Shown piece after piece: positions 60,398 to 64,000 of a stretch of DNA of 64,000 nucleotides. Under the pieces are notes generated by a model. It saw nothing but the letters and a program-made list of their open reading frames with translations, did not search any database and was not told where the DNA came from. The DNA is from Nitrospirota bacterium (GTDB lineage: Bacteria; Nitrospirota; Thermodesulfovibrionia; Thermodesulfovibrionales; Dissulfurispiraceae): NCBI GenBank assembly GCA_963790025.1, contig CAWBMP010000005.1, positions 575,224 through 639,223 of the forward strand, given 5' to 3'. Position numbers and translations under genes: made by a program. The stretch's first letter is position 1. Every line of letters starts with the position of its first letter.

Positions 60398-61979
60398 TGC
60401 CTCCCTTATTATTTATTGGAATCACATCCACAATCCTTCCTTCAAAGAGTTCAAGGGCTTCTTTGACAATGGGATTCTGGAGAGCTTTTTCTTTCAGCTC
60501 TTTTTTACTCAAAGATGTAGCTGTTGCGGTTTCAATCGAAACTGTTATGCTTTTTCCGGAGAGGGTGAACAGCAATTCCTTTATAAGCGGCAGGTTCTCC
60601 CTTACCGATTCCTCGTGCATGGCACAACCGCCGGTGAAAACAATTTTAACAGTATTTGTGCCGAATACAATGTCGCCCTCTCTCAACTTGCTGGCAAGCG
60701 GGTGATTAATCTCGTCCACTTTCCCAATCATGGCATCCCAAATATCGGCCAAGCACTCAACACGCTGCTTACAGCCACCCCCAAAGTCTGTGAGTTTCGG
60801 GTACTCAGCAGCGGTTTGAGTGCTCAGCTTATTGGCGGTTTGAGTGGCCGGGGCACCCCCGAGCATTTTCAGGGCTTCATTTATGGTTTTGAAACGGTTT
60901 AGCATGCCCAGTTTTAGAAGCGTCATTTCGAGTGCTATGCGGGGATAAAAAGCACTTCTGATGCCGGGCTCCGCTTTAATAAGTTCTGAGAGAATGAGGG
61001 CCAGATGTTCCTCAGTAGAAGTGTCCATGATACGTGTGATGGCCCTCGATTCCTCCTCTCCCAGATCCAGGATACCGCCGGTATCATCCGTGATTTTAGC
61101 CACCAGAAGATTTCTGATGAACTGCAAAAAGTCCCTGGTGAAGGACTTGAGGTCAGTACCGCTATCCGTCAGTGTTGCTATTAATGCAATAATTTCCTTA
61201 CTGTTTCCGTCGATGACTGAATCAGCAAGCCTTGCGAGTGTTTCAGCATCCGTAATGCCGAGCAGGTCCTGCACATCAGAAGCAGTGATATCGTCGGAGA
61301 ATGAAGTTATCTGATCAAGTAGAGTAAGCGCATCTCTCATACTCCCGTCAGCGGCGCGCGCTATCATTTCGAGCGGCGGGGAAGCAACCGTTATTCCTTC
61401 AGAACGTGCGATTGTCTGAAGCCTGTCCTTGATTTTGTGGCCGCTTATCCGTGAAAAAGGAAGGTGCTGGCACCTGGAGAGCACTGTGGGAGGGATCTTT
61501 TTTGGCTCGGTGGTGGCAAGCACAAAAATAACATGGGGCGGCGGTTCCTCAAGCGTTTTCAGAAGGGCATTGAAGGCGGATGTGGAAAGCATATGTGCCT
61601 CATCGATGATGTATACCTTATAGGGACCGGCTGAAGGAGCGTAGCGAATTTTTTCCCTGAGGTCCCTTATATTATCCACGCCGGTGTTGGATGCCCCATC
61701 TATTTCAGAAACATCGATAGAAGAGCCATCAGCAACCGCAATGCATGACTGACATTTTCCGCAGGGGTCAGGTGTTGGACCGTTTTCGCAATTCAACGCC
61801 TTTGCCAGAATCCGGGCCGTTGAGGTCTTGCCGACCCCCCGGGGTCCGGAAAAGATATAGGCATGCGCTACCTTATTATTGGCAAGCGCGTTTTTTAAAA
61901 TACGCGCTATAGGCTCCTGGCCGGTCAAATCATCGAAGATTTGCGGTCTCCACTTTCTGGCCAAAACCATGTATGACAT
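60387..61979 (-). CDS. dnaX: DNA polymerase III subunit gamma/tau
   Basis: SYMVLARKWRPQ.F, GPRGVGKT, IIDEAHML, LKTLEEPP, SRC. Confidence 0.98.
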   Translation of the reverse strand: MSYMVLARKWRPQIFDDLTGQEPIARILKNALANNKVAHAYIFSGPRGVGKTSTARILAKALNCENGPTPDPCGKCQSCIAVADGSSIDVSEIDGASNTGVDNIRDLREKIRYAPSAGPYKVYIIDEAHMLSTSAFNALLKTLEEPPPHVIFVLATTEPKKIPPTVLSRCQHLPFSRISGHKIKDRLQTIARSEGITVASPPLEMIARAADGSMRDALTLLDQITSFSDDITASDVQDLLGITDAETLARLADSVIDGNSKEIIALIATLTDSGTDLKSFTRDFLQFIRNLLVAKITDDTGGILDLGEEESRAITRIMDTSTEEHLALILSELIKAEPGIRSAFYPRIALEMTLLKLGMLNRFKTINEALKMLGGAPATQTANKLSTQTAAEYPKLTDFGGGCKQRVECLADIWDAMIGKVDEINHPLASKLREGDIVFGTNTVKIVFTGGCAMHEESVRENLPLIKELLFTLSGKSITVSIETATATSLSKKELKEKALQNPIVKEALELFEGRIVDVIPINNKGGNDV

Positions 61980-62102
61980 AAAACCCTCTCAAGTGTAGAG
62001 CGTTCTGAGTACGTTTTTCCATACCCGGGGACCGGCAACAGCGCTCAACGAAGCGCAGTCTTCTTATCCTTTAGCGCTGAACGCACAACGCAGTACGCTA
62101 TT

Positions 62103-62200
62103 GGGGCCGGCTTGCTGCGGCACCCAGACAGAATGCTTACCGGTGCTTCCTTCCGGACCTGGCGGATTTCACACCTGCCTGCTGCGCAGGGCCAGCCCCC
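62103..62200 (-). ncRNA. ffs: SRP 4.5S RNA
   Basis: Long hairpin with GCCAGGTCCGGAAGGAAGCA core; conserved position upstream of dnaX. Confidence 0.95.
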
Positions 62201-62218
62201 GGCTATAGAAAAACAATG

Positions 62219-62306
62219 TGGCGGAGAGGGAGGGAGTCGAACCCTCGATGAGTTACCCCATACACGATTTCCAGTCGTGCTCCTTCGGCCACTCGGACAC
62301 CTCTCC
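62219..62306 (-). tRNA. tRNA-Ser (GGA)
   Basis: GGAGAGG acceptor, CT-GGA-AA loop, long variable arm, encoded CCA. Confidence 0.97.
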
Positions 62307-62461
62307 ATAGCATTGAAAATAAAGGAAAGTCCTTTACTCTCAACGAATTATATATCATAGCATACTTTGGCAAAATCCGGCAAAAGCGGTTGTTATGAAA
62401 GGATATGAGGGTTTATACTATAGTTAGCGCCATGACACCTCCGCAGGCTATGCCTGATTAG

Positions 62462-63715
62462 TCATGGCTGAGACTCCCTTGCCTTTGGCAGGGTAAAGTA
62501 AAATGTTGCGCCCTGTCCTATAGAACCTTCTGCCCAGGTCCTTCCGGCATGGCGGGAAATGATACGCCGAACATTGGCAAGGCCGATGCCTGTGCCCTCA
62601 AATTCATCCTGGGTATGCAAACGCTGGAATACCCCAAAGAGCTTATCCACATTATTCATGTCAAACCCTACGCCATTGTCTTTAACAAAAAAAATGAATT
62701 CGTCTCCCTTATCTTCGCAACCGATCCTGATTTCAGCCTGGGAACGTGGACTGGTGTATTTAACTGCATTAGAGATCAGATTGACAAACACGAGCTTCAG
62801 CAACGACTGATCACCGTGTACATCAGGCAGTTCGTCGATTTTCCAAACGATGTCCCGCTCCTTCGTTTCATCATGAGTGTCCCGGACAGCCTCTCTTACA
62901 AGATCATTCAATCTGGCTGTTCTCTTCTTAATGCCCGTACGTCCTATTTTGGAAAAGGCGAGCAGGTCGTCGATCAGCATCAGCATCTTTATTGATGCTC
63001 CGGCTATCAGGGCCATATAACTGTGAGTTTTTTCATCCGGGTAGTCCGCTATTCTTTTTTGGAGCAGTTTCACAAAGCCTGACATCTGCCGGAGGGGGGC
63101 GCGAAGGTCATGTGAAACCGAGTAGCTGAAGGCCTCGAGTTCTTTATTTGCATTTATCAGTTGCTCTTCAGCCAGCTTGCGATCTGTGATATCAATTGCA
63201 ACAATGTGCATTTGACCGCTGTTCTGCAATGCAATTCCCTGAATTTGAGCATAAATGCCTGTTTTATTGCTTGCCGGGATATTCACTTCACATGGCTGTC
63301 CCGTATTTGTCTCAAGCATCGCGTTACGGAACGAACTGAATTCCCGCATGGATTCCGGACTTATTAAAAGATCAAAGCGCAGGCCGATCAGTTGACTCCT
63401 CTCACGATTAAACATCCTGGCCCCCGCAGTGTTTGTCTCAACTATCAGGCCGTTCTCATCCAGGGTAAAATACCCTACTGGCGCAAAGTCGTAAAGTCCG
63501 GTATATTTGCTGAGTAAGTCGTCAACTTTCTGCTTGGAATTCCGGAGTTCTTCATTTTGTGTTTCGAGTTCGAGCTGGTGTGTCCCGAGTTCACGAATAA
63601 GACGTTGCAGGTCATGTGGACTGAGTTCATTCACCGGATCGGTCTGGTCTTGAAGCGGCACTTCAGCCTTCCTGGGGAGGGATGAGGTTGTATCAGGTGT
63701 TTTCCGGGCTTTCAT
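62462..63715 (-). CDS. Cytoplasmic PAS sensor histidine kinase
   Basis: HQLELETQNEEL coiled coil, LYDFAPVGY PAS, FSYSVSHDLRAPL, NLISNAVKY, DNGVGF, GTGIGLA. Confidence 0.95.
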   Translation of the reverse strand: MKARKTPDTTSSLPRKAEVPLQDQTDPVNELSPHDLQRLIRELGTHQLELETQNEELRNSKQKVDDLLSKYTGLYDFAPVGYFTLDENGLIVETNTAGARMFNRERSQLIGLRFDLLISPESMREFSSFRNAMLETNTGQPCEVNIPASNKTGIYAQIQGIALQNSGQMHIVAIDITDRKLAEEQLINANKELEAFSYSVSHDLRAPLRQMSGFVKLLQKRIADYPDEKTHSYMALIAGASIKMLMLIDDLLAFSKIGRTGIKKRTARLNDLVREAVRDTHDETKERDIVWKIDELPDVHGDQSLLKLVFVNLISNAVKYTSPRSQAEIRIGCEDKGDEFIFFVKDNGVGFDMNNVDKLFGVFQRLHTQDEFEGTGIGLANVRRIISRHAGRTWAEGSIGQGATFYFTLPKARESQP

Positions 63716-64000
63716 GGTTTCGTGTTTTGCTGCCTGAGCTATAAAAAAGGTAACAAGTAAGACAAGTATATACTATTTGTTAAAAACTTTAATAGTTTGA
63801 GAATTTGGGTTATTAAATCATACTCAATGTTACAAGGTTATGAAAACTGCGTTAATTTCGAGCAAAGCTGTGAAACACCGCACCGCAAATATTATGAAAT
63901 CCGCCTGCCCGCTTCCGTGATATTTACTACAAAGATTTCAATCTGCCCCCTCTTCGAAAGATCCCATAATTCGTGGGCTGACCGGAACGATAACTTCTGG

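Noticed and set aside
60495..60512. A-run (AAAAAAG on minus strand) in dnaX as a programmed frameshift site
   Set aside because: Phase is AAA AAA G rather than A AAA AAG, and it lies ~35 codons from the C-terminus, not at the gamma/tau boundary
1..64000. CRISPR array
   Set aside because: No run of identical 25-45 bp repeats with unique spacers and no cas genes; the repeats seen are dispersed or short-unit tandem
63892..64000. Possible 3' end of a minus-strand gene at the window edge (QKLSFRSAHELWDL..RRIS*)
   Set aside because: Only ~35 codons visible with no motif; cannot be supported

Overview
Mostly core chromosome of an anaerobic or facultative bacterium. Gene content suggests Nitrospirota/Thermodesulfovibrionia or a deltaproteobacteria-like lineage (inference, no database search run). 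Main blocks: a kdpABC operon with a split KdpD, a separate histidine kinase and a sigma54 regulator; argS; a respiratory operon encoding an octaheme HAO-family cytochrome, a tetraheme cytochrome and napADGH behind a Crp/Fnr-type palindrome; fabG-acpP-fabF-rnc; radA, thiD, rplM-rpsI-argC, a DEAD-box helicase and maf; an ArnT/PAP2 pair; tRNA-Ser(CGA); a 1367-bp IS1202-like element with a 17-bp target duplication; GH57-ftsB-eno-lpdA-gcvH; mqnP-mtaD-leuS-pgm; and recR-ybaB-dnaX-ffs-tRNA-Ser(GGA). The least explained signals are non-coding: (i) four copies of a ~170-bp palindromic element whose stems show compensatory base changes, (ii) many intergenic spacers built from inverted 6/7-mer tandem repeats, (iii) a strong promoter driving an ORF-less structured transcript and (iv) an attenuator-like leader before the DEAD-box helicase. 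Three +1 frameshifts between 37.8 and 44.3 kb may be assembly errors. No CRISPR array, rRNA or prophage was seen.
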